A stretch of DNA of 64,000 nucleotides from Ascidiella aspersa (taxonomy: Eukaryota): positions 496,001-560,000 of the forward strand of contig OZ004610.1 in assembly GCA_963924565.1 (NCBI GenBank), given 5' to 3'. How positions within the stretch are numbered: position 1 is the first letter of the stretch; every line of letters starts with the position of its first letter. This document shows, one piece after another, positions 12,007-26,900 of the stretch. Under the pieces are notes generated by a model that was not told where the DNA came from, did no database searches, and saw only the letters and a list, made by a program, of their open reading frames with translations. The position numbers were made by a program, and so were the translations under genes.

Positions 12007-13993
12007 GTTGTAACCAAGTTTTCAAAGGTAGTTAATATTTTTTACGATTACAAAATGTGCCTGCTCATTGGCTGGAAAGTCCGTTTTAATAGGTTTGTTT
12101 ATTGCTAAACAAAAACACATTTTATATATTTATGTGTTTTAAGTTTCTAAAAGTCGCTTTTTTGATAAATACATTCCTACTTGTTCAAAGTTCATTATAT
12201 GTTTTTATTAAAAGCATTATAGCAATTACATTTGGTACGAACTAAAATATTATAGGCTATTGTCGTACTCTTATTGTTTTTCTTGTGTGGAACTTAATTA
12301 GGAGACAATCTAATCACACATGACAACTCAATGTAACTGCCATAATATAAAAACTAAAGAGTTCAATTGTTGCCAATTGTTAGAGGCTGCAGTGTGTTAT
12401 TATTGTTTATTTGTTTTTTAAGTATATTGGCCCATACGCTTGGCAATAGTCAAATCCTATTGCAATTATATTTTTTTGTGTAGTATGTTGGTGCAATGTT
12501 GTCACACTGGGGTAAAAAATATTGTATACATTCAGGCCCTGGTTTGTTTATAATAATAGTGATATGATGTGAATTTAACATATTTGTTGAAAGACTGATT
12601 ACATTTTAAAGCATAAATTTGCTAAATTAGGAAATTAGTTTACAAAAAATTTTTGATATAGCTTTAGAATGTAGTGCTATTTAATAAGATAAAATCAAAA
12701 TGAAATTTGAAATGCCTTCAGGTACACTAAAATCACTGTTAAGGGTATCATGCTTTTGAATAGTGTTTTAAGATTACTTGATGTGTGATATGACTTTAAA
12801 ACTTGAGTATTGTCATTTATTTTTCTGTGTATTCCTGTATTCAGTTGCCATTGCATAGTGTTCAAACCATCATTTTTAACCGCGGCATGGAGTATTTTTG
12901 AGGGCTGCCAGCATATGAAATTTAAATTATATCCAGTTAAAGCTCAAATTTCTAGTTTTCATTATGACTTGAAAGATCTTCCTTTGAGATGCTTTGTAGT
13001 TTATTTTTCTGAAACATTAATTGGTGGGCCACAAATTGTTAAGAGCTTATTAAAGGGGGTCCTTAGCCATTAAAGGTAGAGAACCACTGGTTTAAAATTA
13101 AACGAATGGTGGTAGCTTTATGCTAAATAAGTGTGTATCTTTATGTAATCAAATGCTTTATAGAAGGTTTTGGTCTGCTTATGGTTTGCCGAAAGCAATA
13201 AGAAAGCAATGCAAATAAATTATCTAGGAGTTGCTTTTCTGTTTTCCATTCTTTAAGTTATAATTTTGTTATGCTACTATAACAAAATCATAATTTTGTT
13301 ATGCTACTATAACAAAAAATGGGTTCGTCCAGCTTTTTATCTCCCAACATATTTCACAGCATAAAGCTTACTTCTGCATTGATTTAACACTAACCACTCA
13401 CCCCTTGTATAAGGTTTAATGTTTAAGTAAATCTTTCCACTGTTATCTTCTATCTTCATTTCTTCTTTGAGATTAAACCATTTCGTATTTAATGCACTAT
13501 TGTATTTGCTTTACTTTGTTGATTGAGATTTGCATTTTTGCCAATATTTTTATTGTGGACATTGTTTGTGGAAATACATAAGTTTGTTCATATGATTTTT
13601 TGCATTTTTTCTTAGTCCAATATAATTAAAAAGGAAAAAAGTTTGTTGATTCCTGCTCCAGCCCAGGGGCTGTTAAACCTTTCTTTACGCAGGCTCCCAA
13701 AAAACTTTTTGGTTCGCTTGGACCATGGTGGGTAAGACGACGTTGTAAATTAAGGCATTAAACAAGCTAACCTAGAAACCTAAACAAACGTGAAAATTAA
13801 AATGAGTCTAAGAACACATTCAAGGAGAAAACGCCAAAGTATTTTTTTTAATTAACGTCCTATGGCTTTAAAAACTTCTTTCATTGTATAAAACCACACA
13901 AACATTTTGATTCGGCTTCCATGGACCCCTAAACTAGTCCACCTTACCGCAAAAAGACTCACGGAATCCAGTTTAAGGACCCTTACTCTAGCC

Positions 13994-14323
13994 CAGCGGT
14001 TCCCAAACTGGGGTCCATACAGCAATTTCAGAGGGTCCACAATGAGAATTATTCTTTAAAGCTTTAAAGCAGTTTCAGAGGGTTTGCAATATACAGCAAC
14101 AAAAGTGATTCGATTCTAAATCTTTCTCGTGTACATTTGATGAGTTAATTGCAGCAAAACAAGTGCACCCATCCTATTAAACGCTTGTCGTATTTGATAG
14201 TTTTTGCTTTTTCGTTCTTCGGTGAGGTTTTTGCATTTTTCTTCTAGCATTCTTTGATTTTCATAGGGCCACGAAATATCAAGACAATTTCACAAATTTT
14301 TTAGAATAGTTTGAAAACCGCTG
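13994..14323. mobile_element. hAT-type MITE
   Basis: TIR CAGCGGTTCCCAAACT / AGTTTGAAAACCGCTG; TSD CTCTAGCC / CTCTAGCG (7 of 8 match). Confidence 0.8.
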
Positions 14324-14893
14324 CTCTAGCGCAGCCTCTGGCATTTGATAATTATTGTAAACTATTCCGGTAGATAGCGTTACGAGTCACTTGAATTACC
14401 TCGTTAAAAGCGTTTAGTGCAAAACGTATTTTTGTACAAATAACGAAAATGAAAAAGCGTTTCAAAAACACAGGAAAAGTGAACTTTTTAAGTAACTCGG
14501 TAATTTAGTTTTTCTATTTGTACTTTATACACAATGTACCTTCGTGTATCGAGTGAAAATAAATTGTCATTGTTAATCGTAACGAAAGAACTTTAGGCTT
14601 TCAATTTCAGAACTTTTCACAAACTATTTTTCTTTGATTATAAGCTTTTACCGACTTAATGCATTTTAAATACAATATCGACTAAAACCGGCGTTCAAGG
14701 AAAATATTTAAGAAATGGTTGTTGTAATTAAGATCTGTGTTAAGTACGGGTTGATTTCTGGTAGAAATTCGCACGAAGCATTTCCAAAACAACATTTTGA
14801 ACCTTACGCATATCTACAAAAAACAACATTGTGAAAAATCTCAGGCCTGCAAAAACGTTAACAAAGTATAACAGAAGCTTTTTGGATGAACTT

Positions 14894-17800
14894 CTACTCG
14901 TCGCCATCTTCTTCAACTTCAACGTAAGGAGGAGAGAAAGGATCAGTGATGTTCTTGCTCTTCAAACCTCCACCTCCAGAAACTTGGCACAAGATCGACG
15001 TGACTCCTTCCACTTTCTTGTCTCCCATGACGCCCCGTATCCAGGTGGTGTAAGGGAAGACAGCCGTGAAGACTGCTGGTTGCTTGGGAGTTCCACAAGT
15101 CGCTCCTCCTGAACTTGTGATCCCGGTCAAGTAGAACCCGGAGCTGCAGGTAGGGCCTGGTCTTCTGTATTTTTGGGAACAGAGGAGAGGTCCTCCCATA
15201 TCTCCCTGGAACAATAATTGTTTTCGTTGTATTCTCTCAATTTCACAGAACGTTTTTTAATGCATTTTACTCCGAAATTTACTTTATTAAAATTTACCTT
15301 CACAGAAATCTTAACTGGTTTATCTGGAAATATGAAAATTTATTTTATTTGATCAGTTTTTACTGTTTTGCTTATCTAGACATTAGTTTTATTTCATTAA
15401 TCTTCACACATTTTTAGTCTGCAAAATACCGTAAAATTTGGTTTTTTTTAACTCGCAGCATTTGATGCAAAAACTCATACAATACTAATTGTTTTTTACA
15501 AACTTACATAGCAGGTGTCTGTCTCTTTGTTGGGTCCGTGCCCGCATATCTTGTCGCTAGCAACCCGGTCCCTGAAGTGGCCGGCACAAGCGGTTTTTGA
15601 AATTCCTGTGAATACTGCTTCCTGTAGCAACGTGGCTGGCTTGAGTCTGTTCGAGTCTGAACAGAAAATACGCCGCCAAATCGCCATTTGTTTCTCAATG
15701 TGGCAAGTTTTTGTTTAAAATACAAAACACACGAAAGAAATTAATTTACTTTTGTCAACATAAAGAGAAAAAAAACTTGTCGTTAACTAAGAAAAACAAA
15801 GGTTTAAGAGAGTTTATGCTCATGTTACACAATTTATAATAGCGATTAAATGTTTGCGAATCGTCTTTTAAGTTATTGCAATGTAATTTTTACGCATACA
15901 TGCCAGATGCTGACTCGCAGGCATTTAGATTCGCGACAAATGGAGGATATTCAGTATTTTAATGTTTTTAAACGTAATTGCTGTAGGTTTTACTGAGATC
16001 AAGTTTAAAGCTTGTGCTTGTAACGCGTCAAGTTATCATAATTGTGATTATCGGTGTACCGATACTTGATATTTCGGACAAAACACATGGCCGCCTAATT
16101 AAAACCATGTGATGAATATATATGCCCAAAAAAGCAAAATTTATTCAATTAAAAAGCGTATATTTTTTAGGGTACTTTTTGAACAATTTCTTAAGTATTT
16201 GGCTTAAATTTTGAGTAAGATCTTTAATTTTTAAATAACGTTTTCCTAGAAATTTACTTTTCTTATTAGAAAGCTTAACGTTAGAAAATTGGCAAAATAC
16301 AAAATTATTTATTATACGACTAAAACCGATACTAACACTTGTCATCGGCTTCGATTTGAATTATCGGACACCCCTATTCATGACGTCATAAAGGACACGC
16401 AAGCAATGCCGACGTCATATGTCGATAATGACGTCACGTCCCAAATACAGAAGTGACGTTTCTTTGACGTCACTTGCGAAAATAAGAGTTTGTTATTGCA
16501 GAGATACGGTTGTTTGCCGAGCTATTTGTTCATAACTTTGTTGAATATTAACAAATCGTTGAGTATTTTTCGCAAGACTAAATTTAATAAAATTCTCAGC
16601 CTTAAGTCGGTTGTTTTTTTAAATTTAATTGAGATTATCCATTTTTCAGCCTGTCAGCAGCATTAAAATATACACTTTTGAAAAACCAAATGTCTTGCGA
16701 AACTAATGTAGATAGTAATATTTTTGGTTTATACGACCAAGTGAAACGCCAAATTATTTTTGTACACCATTTTGTTCGGCCTTATCAAAGCTTTGTTTGA
16801 ATTTGCGCACTTGATTCAGCGGAGGTTGTTTTTCCCGCTCACAAAGTGTTAAATATGCAATCAGTTTTGATCCGGACGCCAAACCTTCAAGGTGGGATTT
16901 AAGCCGCTCAGTTTTAATGAAGTTTGGACCCTCACGTTGCCACAAGCCGCAGTAAATCAAACAGAGGAGTAATGCAATAAGCGAGGACACTTTACATGAA
17001 CTTTTAAGCGCGGATAATCCACTACATAAGGTCGCTGAAATTCTGTTGATTCGATGAGGTTTTAGGTCGGGCGTGGTTCGCCATTTCTGTGTTTTTCAAC
17101 CAAACAGGATCAGCAAATTTTACAAACAGGGGCGACTTAAATGTATCAAAGCCGTTTTATTCCCCAACTCTAAGTGCTACCTTGTTTAAAATCACGCGTG
17201 TTTGAATTGTTTTCTAAGTCATTAAACAGATGCTAGCAAAAGGCGATTTTTCCTCATATAAAATAATCTGCCTGAATGCGAATGGGTATAAACAAAATAT
17301 TCTGGCTGTACATCATTTGTTATAAAATATTAAACCAGTGGTTCTCAACCTTTTTTCTTTCGTGGCCCATTTAGGTTGCAAAAAAATACTGTGGCCCAAT
17401 ACATTTTTATTAAAGAAAAAAACTGTAAAATAGGTTTAGAACACAACACAACAGCAGAACGTATTTCAAAACAGATTATTTATTCAACCGTGCATTAGTG
17501 AGATACTTGCGGCTAAACAATAAATTTACATTCCTTTTTAATTCTTCCCCAAGCCATTATTCGTGTAAAATTAAATATAGTGACACAAATAAAACTAAAT
17601 CTAGCTTTTTTAAATTTTAAATTGGTCCTCAAATGTTCTTATGTCCTACCAATGGGCCATGGCCCATTGGTTGAGAACCGCTGTATTAAACTGAGCACGA
17701 AAAACAAGTTTCTATCGTGCTTTTTTAGAAAACGTAACCCAGTAAATTATTATTTATAAATCGTTGGTCAGGTGAAAAGGTGCCTCATAAAATTGGATTT

Positions 17801-20800
17801 TACATCTTTCGACTTGTGATTGTTTTTTTATTGACTTTTTTTCGCTAATTTTCCGTAATGTTTTGCCGCAAAACGGGAGACAACAAGTTATCTGATCGCG
17901 TCAGCCTACTTCGCATTCCTACAAACCTCAAAAAGCTTTAAATATTCAGGAGAATGTCGTTAAAAATATCCACACCGGCCAAATAAAGTGCTTTGATGAA
18001 TATCGCAAGTCTGTTTCAGCCAGGGAAGTACCAAGTGTCTCTTTGTGGTTTTCGAAATCCAAGTAATTTCCTCGTTTATTCAGCTTGTGGTCGCCAGTTA
18101 GAGCAACTGGGAACCTTTTCACAGCGCAAAGTCATGGAGGAATCCAAAGAATCTCGTTTTTAATCGGCTTTGTGCAAACCATTTTTCTCAAGCCAGGTTC
18201 CTCACAACAAATCCTATTGACACTTGCGTCGATAATTCCAAACAAAGGTCGCGCGTCAACAGACAATTAGTGCGCGCTTTGCATTGTTTACGTAACAAAG
18301 CGTGTCATGAGGACGCAAATTTTCGTCATCGGCTTGAAATAGCGTCTTAGCTCGCCTTCAACATTCGATTCGCGCTACTCAACTGTTACATCACTAACCT
18401 TCCTCAATACTAGTATGACGTCACAGTAAAACCGCTCATTTAAACTTAAATAACCCATTTTTTGGCACGCAAAGTTCGAACAGCCTTAGGTTTGTTTCCA
18501 GCGTGCGTTTTATAGTTTACAGTTCATTGCAGCAAAACCCGAAAAACTTTGAGTCAAACTTTGAAAATTTAAATGAAAAGATGTTGGTACTGTATTGGTT
18601 CTGCACTTTGCACTGTTTAAATTAAACCGAATATAGGCTGCCCTTGTTTTAGAAAAATATTTCTCATAATATTCGTTTTTCATCGTTTATAAAACCATCA
18701 TGTAATTTCCTGTTGTGTTGTCCCTGTGCGGCGAAATGGACAGAATTTAGCGAGCCACTAAATGTTTCAGGCTTTGTGCCAATTTTGTTACGATTCACCT
18801 TTTATTGATTATATTTGCCATTTAAAAATAATGTCATGCCGACCCTTGTCCACGCGAATTCAAAAAATACTTTTAGGAATCCACGATGAAAAACAGTTTC
18901 CCTGTGCTATAGGACTATAGGTATGAAATCCTGATTAAGTTGAAAAGCATAACTTCGTCCTTTTTTGAAAAATCGGCGAGTACTTTTCAATATCGTACGA
19001 ATATTCAAGCCCATATGGAAGTAGAAACATTTGAAATGTTTTGAATGTCTCGTTATTCACTTTCAACATCTGATGTTGAAAAATAAAAACAGATATTCGA
19101 CGTTCAGAATGCAACCTACTTCTAAATTAGCTTTCATATCGCTACTCAACATCTAACTAAATCCTCCAAACACTGTGTCCCAAAACTAGATCTTTTTTAT
19201 GGTCTTATTCCGACGATTATATTATTCTAACTTTGTTTATCGCTTGAAAAGTATGATTTTACTCACCAACGGCTCCATACCCAGTCGCAATGCAGTCGTT
19301 AAGTTGAACTCCCATCTCCATCTCCCTCCAGTCCCTGTCAGGATGCTGGGGCAAGCAAACCACGTTACGCCTCGGTTCCCGTCCTTTTAGCTTGATCATT
19401 GCGAGGTTGGCGCCAGAGAAGACCGCTGGAGAGAAAACATGACTAAATATGGACTTTAAAAGTTGTTTAGGAGTTTTTTGAGGTTATTGGTGATAAATGA
19501 CATTACTATATGTGGACGTAGTTTTTAATTGTTAGGAAAATATTGGTAAATTACTTATGTGAACTGATTAAATGATTGTTTTTAGAAAAAAGTAAAAAAA
19601 GTAAGAATGGCATTGACATGTGAGGACACATAATATGTCTAGTTAAAAACGGTATCTTTTAAAACTGGTTATTTGGTTCAGATTAAGGTTTGTGTTAGAG
19701 CTTTATTTCTCACATGAATCTGCGCACGGGTTCTCTACAACCGACGAAGCGCCGTGACTTCTTCGATTCTTCTCTTTAATATTTGTTGTGTTCCAAACAC
19801 CGAACAACACGGTCACTTTGCGGTAGTTCCTGAAAGTAATAACAGAAATCTTAAATTCATTACTCTAGAGCAGTGCTTCTCAAACTTTGTGCCTCGAAAG
19901 AATTAATTTCTTGTCCTGATTTGTGCCGCGAATTTTTTTTTAATTTTGCAAAATAACCTATTTCCATACCAAATGTGCAAGTTAAGTAATAATTGGAATG
20001 TTACACTCACGACTAAGGGTACGCAATTATTTTTGACAGGGCCACATGAACTAAAATTGTCCTGTAAGGCAAAAGAAGATGTGAAATACACATAAAATAA
20101 TGTATGATGCCTTCTAAAGTAAAAGAAAGCTGTCAATATCCAAAGTGGAATTTGTTGAATAACAAATGCTAAAATCAGACAAAATCGTAAAGTCCTACAT
20201 TTGTTACGTATTTGTTACATTGTTACATTAATGTTACGTAATAATCTCCCGAGTTAATAGAAAACTGTAACATTAAGAAATACTTTGCGACCCACTGGTT
20301 GGGAAGCACTTCATTTATACGATAGCTTGAGTAACTTACTTAATGCATTGAGTGGCGGTAAGAACCCACTTCGGGTGCACCAGCACTCCCCCACACAGAA
20401 AGTACTGTCTTGGGTTGTCGATTTTTTGGGTCACGATCAGCGCCTGCCATGGATAGCGGTTTGGTACCGTGGCCTTGCCTCCGTAGATTTCTTGAAACAA
20501 ACAAAATTTAAAATGAATTAATCTTTCAATTCACAGTTAAATTTGTTGGCAGAACTGTAAGGAACAACCAACATGTTGTTGTTTTTGTGTTTTTGCCTTT
20601 AAAGATTTTTTGAAATATGCTGAAAAAATAAATTTAAAGTTAAATTAATCGTTTAATCACGAAGGGAAAGTAAAAAAGGCCCCCAAAAAATTGTAATGGA
20701 CAAACGTTATGTTTTTTTTTGCGTTATGCCCCCAAAGATGTCTTAAAATATGTTGAAAAAATATTTAAATTGAACTTTAGTCTTTTAATTGCCAGTGAAA

Positions 20801-23800
20801 TTTGTTAGCAGAACTGTAAATCAAATGCTATGTTTTTTGCATTTTTGTAAAAAAGTTAAAGTACCTACAACTGGGTTTTTTAATTTAGGTAATTACCACG
20901 AAAGATATAGTATCCTCTTGTCTTGCATTATAACAGCAGATTTTAGGGTAACTCTCAAATTATATAAAATTGTAATTTTATTTAAATGCATTTTTAGGCG
21001 AATATTGTGTTCTGGTAATTGTACATTCATCTAAATTGAAAATTAAGAAAAAAAGCTCGCATGGTTATGAGAAAATAGTTGTTTTTTTTTTGTTCGATTC
21101 GAAGGCTGGATATTTTCTTGGGCCTTCAGACCAAGTATCGGAAATACTGTATTACTGATTATATTTTTATGGAATCCAAATCATTGGCAGCAGGTTTCTG
21201 CTTGTCGATCACTGTTCCGCTGAAACGTATATTAACAATGAAACTTACAAAAACGAGTAAAACCAGGATTCTGTGTTTCACTCGGGTTTTTAAACTTTGA
21301 GTTTTATTGTTTGTATTTTTGATCATTACGCCAATGTCTTTAATATTGCCTAGTATGTATGTTACGTTTGTAGTGTTATTTATAGCTAACAGTGCATTGT
21401 GTGTAGAGTGGTTGGCAAGTAAGCTGTAAGTGTTTCAGATGGGAATATAAAATGGCTGCACTGAACTCTTCAGCAGCGTAGTTGGGCGGTTATGGCTCTG
21501 ATTTGATGTGCGTCGATTGATTTGTTGCTTTGTTGATCTTGTGAGGTCCAAAGCATTTGCAGGTTACAACTTTCCAATATAAACCACCAAACTTCAGCTT
21601 AAGTGACAACACCAAGCTGATCCGATCGCGCTTAGGGTTATTTAGTGAACTGTAATCTTAAACATCAAAATATTAAGTCGGCTCTAGACAGCTGTGGTCC
21701 TGGTGATTTTGACAACCATAATCAGTATAAAATTCAATTTGATCTCCATAAACCTGGGAAGTGTGTTTGTGCTCTTAGTTTTCTTGTAGCTTTAAGATAC
21801 ACTTTTATTTTCTGTAAAATTTTGTTTTTAGCATTTTATCCAAAGTTTACTTGAGTTTGCAGACTTTAAAATACTTCTTTTGCTTTAACTCTTATAAATA
21901 AATTTAGGTGCAGTTTGAGCGGATCTGTAATGTAGCTTGATAATGAATCTCAAAGCCACATCACATTGATAAAAATGTTTCGATACACATTTGTATCATC
22001 AACTGTTAATGTTTAACTCATCATTACATCAACTGATGATGATACAAGTGCGCATCGATTCGTCTTTTTTTAACATAATAGAGATTTACATTTTGCTTTG
22101 ACTTTTATTTTCATGTTAGAAATATCTTAAGGCATTATAAAATTGTTTTTTTAAGGATTATTTTTGTTTCTTGCTGGGTAAAATTTTGTATGTTTTGAAG
22201 TATCTTGCTTTGCATGTTTTAGCGTTTATCGCAGCTTTTCGAGGTATTTTTTATGTTTCTAGTCTCATTTTGATTACAATTTTAGAAGATCTGTGAAAAA
22301 ATGGTCATATTTTTTAACATTTGACATTTTACCATCATAGTAGATACGTGTTGCTACTTTCTGGACTTTCTTATTGTTGTCAATTACCTCTGTTTAAGTT
22401 TTTGGAAATTAATTTAATTTGGAAAAAATGTCTATAGACTCTAGACGTTCTTACAACCGCGGAAAAACCTTTAGCTTTCGGAGATGTCTACTTTTTGCTC
22501 GAATCTTTCTAAACTTCGTAGTTTTAGAATATTATGTTTTTCTTAAACATATCAATTAGTTTAAACATTTCCTTGTTTGTAAAACATTTCTAATCTTCTT
22601 GTGGCCTAAAATCTTTCTTTCTCGTAGAACAAATTACACAGAACCACGGAATATCGATTATCGCAATTTAATCTTAATTTTGCAGCAATTGTAAAACTTG
22701 TTCTGGTGCAAGTCGAAAATATCCCGTTAATTGCCACCTTTCATTGCTTGCCAATCTAACTTCACGCTTCCACTGCACAAAGTGCGTAATTGAAGCCTTG
22801 TCAAATATACGGTTGGTTATTGACAGGTTTAAGTCGCTTTGATCGGATATATATAAATGCTCATGTAACTTGGCACTGTAACGAGTTTTGATGCGGTTAA
22901 GGTTTCTGGAACTTTTTGCCGGCGTACGAGTAACAAGCTAAGTATAAAAGCGTTATTTAATCCTCAACGCTTTCGGCTTGATTCTGTCTTTAGCTCATCG
23001 TACAACTGACGAGATTAAATGTTTCGCGACAGCATCGTGCCTTGAATTAGGTCACGTTGTTCATGTTAAGTAAACCTGATCATCAAACGGCAGAATGTTA
23101 CTAAATCAGCTTTAAGTGGAAAATCCTAAAGTTTGGAAAACATGTTTCTCGACATTTTTCCATCAAAGCAGACGAAAGTTAAAGAGAATTTACTTTGGCA
23201 GAATAAAGTTATTTAAAACTTTAAAAACAGATTTTGTAAAAAGTAAAGTATTGTTTGTTTAATTATTATCGTTATTTTTGCAAGTTAAAAAAACAAATAG
23301 CACGAAACAAACCACACAGCATGCAAATAGTAAAAGTTGTATCTTCGTGTATCTTAATTGTAGCAGCAGTACTCAGAATAAAACTTTACGAAAAACAAAC
23401 CGGTTCAGAATACGTCAGAAAGTTTAATCAGAAGAATTTTTGAACCTTTTTTCCACATTAAAACAAACGCGCGTTTTATAATGGAAAAATCTACATTTTA
23501 AGCAATCAAAAAAACACTTAGGTACACTATGCACGGATCTGTAATGTAGCTTGATAATGAATTGCAAGTCAAATAGGTCAAATCGACAACATCTAATCAA
23601 CGACGTTTCGATACCTACTTGTATTATCATCACTGTATTCGGCTGAAACATATCCCAACCTCACTCATAAAGGTGTAATGCAATTATAAAAAATATATCT
23701 GTTTTTAGTTTTACATTAATAAAACAAATAATTTGTGTTCAAGTTTCGTTTAGTACATAGTGAAAGTAAAAATAAAACATTAAAACTTTTTTTAGCCCTT

Positions 23801-23976
23801 TCACTAATATCAGTTTTTATTACCGCCGTAACTAACCGTATTCAGAACATCAAACTGTAACCTTTAAAAGTTGACATGTAAAAACAAAAGTACGACTTAC
23901 TTAGATTAATTGGTGAGGAGGTTGACAGAGAAAAGAAGGCAGCCAACAAAACGCAGACAACAAACATTCTTAACAT
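14894..23976 (-). CDS. Secreted trypsin-fold (S1A) serine protease homologue, catalytically dead, 6 coding exons, about 320 aa
   Basis: Exons 23976-23901 (signal MLRMFVVCVLLAAFFSLSTS), 20490-20340 (K-IYGG...YPWQA...CGGVLVHPKWVLTATQC), 19829-19714, 19425-19267 (NLAMIKL...VCLP...CIATGYG), 15656-15508 (...ICG...DTCY) and 15205-14894 (GDMGGPLLC...LTGITSSG...PAVFTAV...WI). All junction phases are consistent and there are no internal stops. Confidence 0.9.
17336..17683. mobile_element. hAT (Charlie-like) MITE in protease intron
   Basis: TIR CAGTGGTTCTCAACC / GGTTGAGAACCGCTG; perfect 8-bp TSD TATTAAAC at 17328-17335 and 17684-17691. Confidence 0.9.
19871..20310. mobile_element. Older hAT-type MITE filling most of a protease intron
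   Basis: Left end CAGTGCTTCTCAAAC, right end GGTTGGGAAGCACT; TSD not preserved. Confidence 0.6.
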
Positions 23977-26900
23977 GGCTACTTTTAACGCACCTGGAAA
24001 GAAAAAACAACGTTAGTGAATATTAATATCCCGATGTCAAACCGGGTAGTGGCAAGTGCTGGAAAAATGTATTGTAATGCACGTTGATACATTAACAAAC
24101 TGAAATAAACTCCATAGTATTTAAGCTATAAAGGGCGTATTTTAAAGCTGGTTGGACTCTTTTTAAACAAACCCACTAACAGCGCTACTTTTTCACGGTG
24201 TTCATTTAGAAACGTGGACAAAATGCTTTCTACTTCTGTATAGGCTTGATATTCATTCTACGTCTAACTACAGCCATTAGCTTAGATTTATTCGAAACGT
24301 TCAAAATGCTACTTCTGTATGGGCTTCTTGCCACCAAGGCTGTTCCTTCTCCTAATATAACAAGCACTTGATCGTCAACTTATTGCGTTGGACAATGCAG
24401 AAGAAAATATTAGAGCTAAATTTATATTCGACTATTGCTACAACGGCATCAGTTTGTTTACGATGAATTTAGTTTTCTTGGAAATAATTTAATGAAAAAT
24501 TTGCTTGGTCACGCCAGTACGATAACTGTTCTTTTATAATTCATCTTGGACTTTCCAGTTTAAACGTTTTTCTTTTTCGCGAAATTAAAATTTTAACTGA
24601 AGTTTATTGGTTGGCGCGACCCTCGACTTTTTCCGAAGGTTTTTTTAGAAATCCGAAAACATTATTAAGCAAGAATACAATTGTAAGTATAACGTAAAAT
24701 ATTCCGCACGCCGGATTTCGCAGCAACACGAGCGTGATGATTTGTGCTAAACCAAAGAACAAGTAATATAATTTAGACTTTCTCCACTTTTCACTTTTGT
24801 TCGCATACCTACGCAATAAGATCCCAAAACATATAAAAATGGTCACATTTTAACGTAAACACACAACCAGGGCAATAAAACAACTATATTTTAAGTGGAA
24901 TCCTCCTAAATATCGTAGTATTACGACCAATGACATAATGGAGCCAAATACGCAGTATCTTCCAACTCTTTACTACTTACCCTACATTCTTATTGCGAGC
25001 TGTTCTTGTTTCGATTTAGATGTTATTTTACCTCGGTCTTATTGCAGGGGTCTAATTGAATGCACACATAATACAAGTTACGTTTTTACTTTAAAAGTTT
25101 TGATAGTTGTTTAATTTTTTTTCGATGCCTTAAGCCATTTCTACAAAATGTGTCTCAAACAAAAATTATCTCAATAACATTTCAACATTCACCGTCGTCT
25201 GCAAAACTTTTTAGAAGTGCGCTAGAACATTTAGTGCGAAAACAATTTGTTAGCTCGAACAAAAACGTATTTCCAACTTTACTGATACCATATTTTTTGG
25301 AAAGTTTTTGTTTTCACTAACAGTTTAAATAATAGTATAAAATAAAGCGAAAACAAAACAAAACATATCTAATATTAATCCAGAAACCTCCCATAGGGCT
25401 GAAAACATTTCTTCAACAGATTATCATTGCTTGCCACAAGCTTTAACAACTACAAGCCTTAAAAGTTTGCCAAATTGCAAGATATGCACCTATAATGACA
25501 TTTCACGTCGTTTACGTGCGTTGTGAAAGTACTGGGCTCACTTGTCACGATTCGCCAGTTCCAACCGCTCGCGTGTCTGCGGACACTAATTACACCAGGA
25601 TTCGTTGAAACGGTGACGTTCGGTGCCACTAGCACTTGGAACCCAGCAATTAATGAACTCCGCTGCTAAAATTAGAACTGCGCTGCTTAATAAGGAACTG
25701 GCCGTTTTTTACTTGGCATTTTTATAGTTCAATGGTTCTTAACGTTTTTTCTACCGCGTCCTGTGCCTTGCGCAGATTTTTAATCATTATAATACCAAAA
25801 GCAATTCAGTATTTTTCCATTACATATCTGTGAAACAACATGAAAAAAACAGAAAGTTGGCTGTTAATCGTCTTTATTTGGTTTGAATCGGGCAAACTTT
25901 AATATATATGAGACCTGACGCATTGGGCGCACAAAAAATAGCTCGTGCGCGATATATTGGTTTTCATCGAGCTGATTTTGACAATCATGTTGTGAGGGCA
26001 TTGACTTCACAGTTGTAAGGCTGCATAGAAACCACGTAAAATGTCGCCTGTAGCGCAAAAATTGAACATTACTTCAGGCGTGTTTCAAATGGTGTGATGA
26101 CACACAATGCCATGACAAAATAACATTAAAAATTCGCGCAAAAAGCCGTTCCCGGCGCTTATTGTAATGAACGAATCACAGTTCCGCGCGATGCGCAAAT
26201 ATTTGTCGCAGTCTTGTTGTAGGCAAAAACACACTTTGTGGAGAGGGTGACATGATGTTCAACCCCTGTGCACAACTTAGATCTCGTTCAACCTTATCAT
26301 ACTGTTCTGACTGAACACAGCTCAAACCGGCCTACAGATAACCACATTTGTGGTCAAAAATTGCGGGCCGCCGAGTGACCTAAGAACCTTTGATTTTACA
26401 TTCCAGCATTTGAAACCGGACTTGTCAAAAAATCAACCAAGCTTCTTAGTATTTTCTAAAATATATTTTATTTGGTTTAGAGTCAGTCTTTTTTTATAAG
26501 TTGTTAAAATAAATTGATTTATCTAGAAATAGTTTGTTAATTTCAAGAGTCTATAGGGATGCATTTTTAGAAAAACTATTTTTTCCTACTATCTTATAAA
26601 TTGGCTGACTATGATTACAACACAAAGGCTGAAGAATATATTTTGAAAAGCTTTATACTTTGCTAAATACCAAGTTTCTTTTTATTCGAACATTGTTCTA
26701 AGCCTTATATTCTTTGACTCTCGCATTAACTTGTCTGGCTTTCTTAAATGCAAGGACTTCACCGCGTGGTAATCTGCAAGAAAAAGGTTCAACTCTTATT
26801 TATGAGAGATTCCAAAATGTTGATCGTGAGTCCACTTATGAAAGGAACTTATCTCGCCTCTGGCTGGAAGAATACCTTCTTTGTACTTCAAGGCGAAAAG

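Noticed and set aside
13259-13318. 30-bp tandem duplication with a small hairpin (similar local duplications at 20520-20830 and 44390-44690)
   Set aside because: Ordinary local slippage duplications with no further signal.
16500-18420. Possible decayed transposase in the protease intron
   Set aside because: The short ORFs show no DDE, zinc-finger or RT motif that I can recognise.
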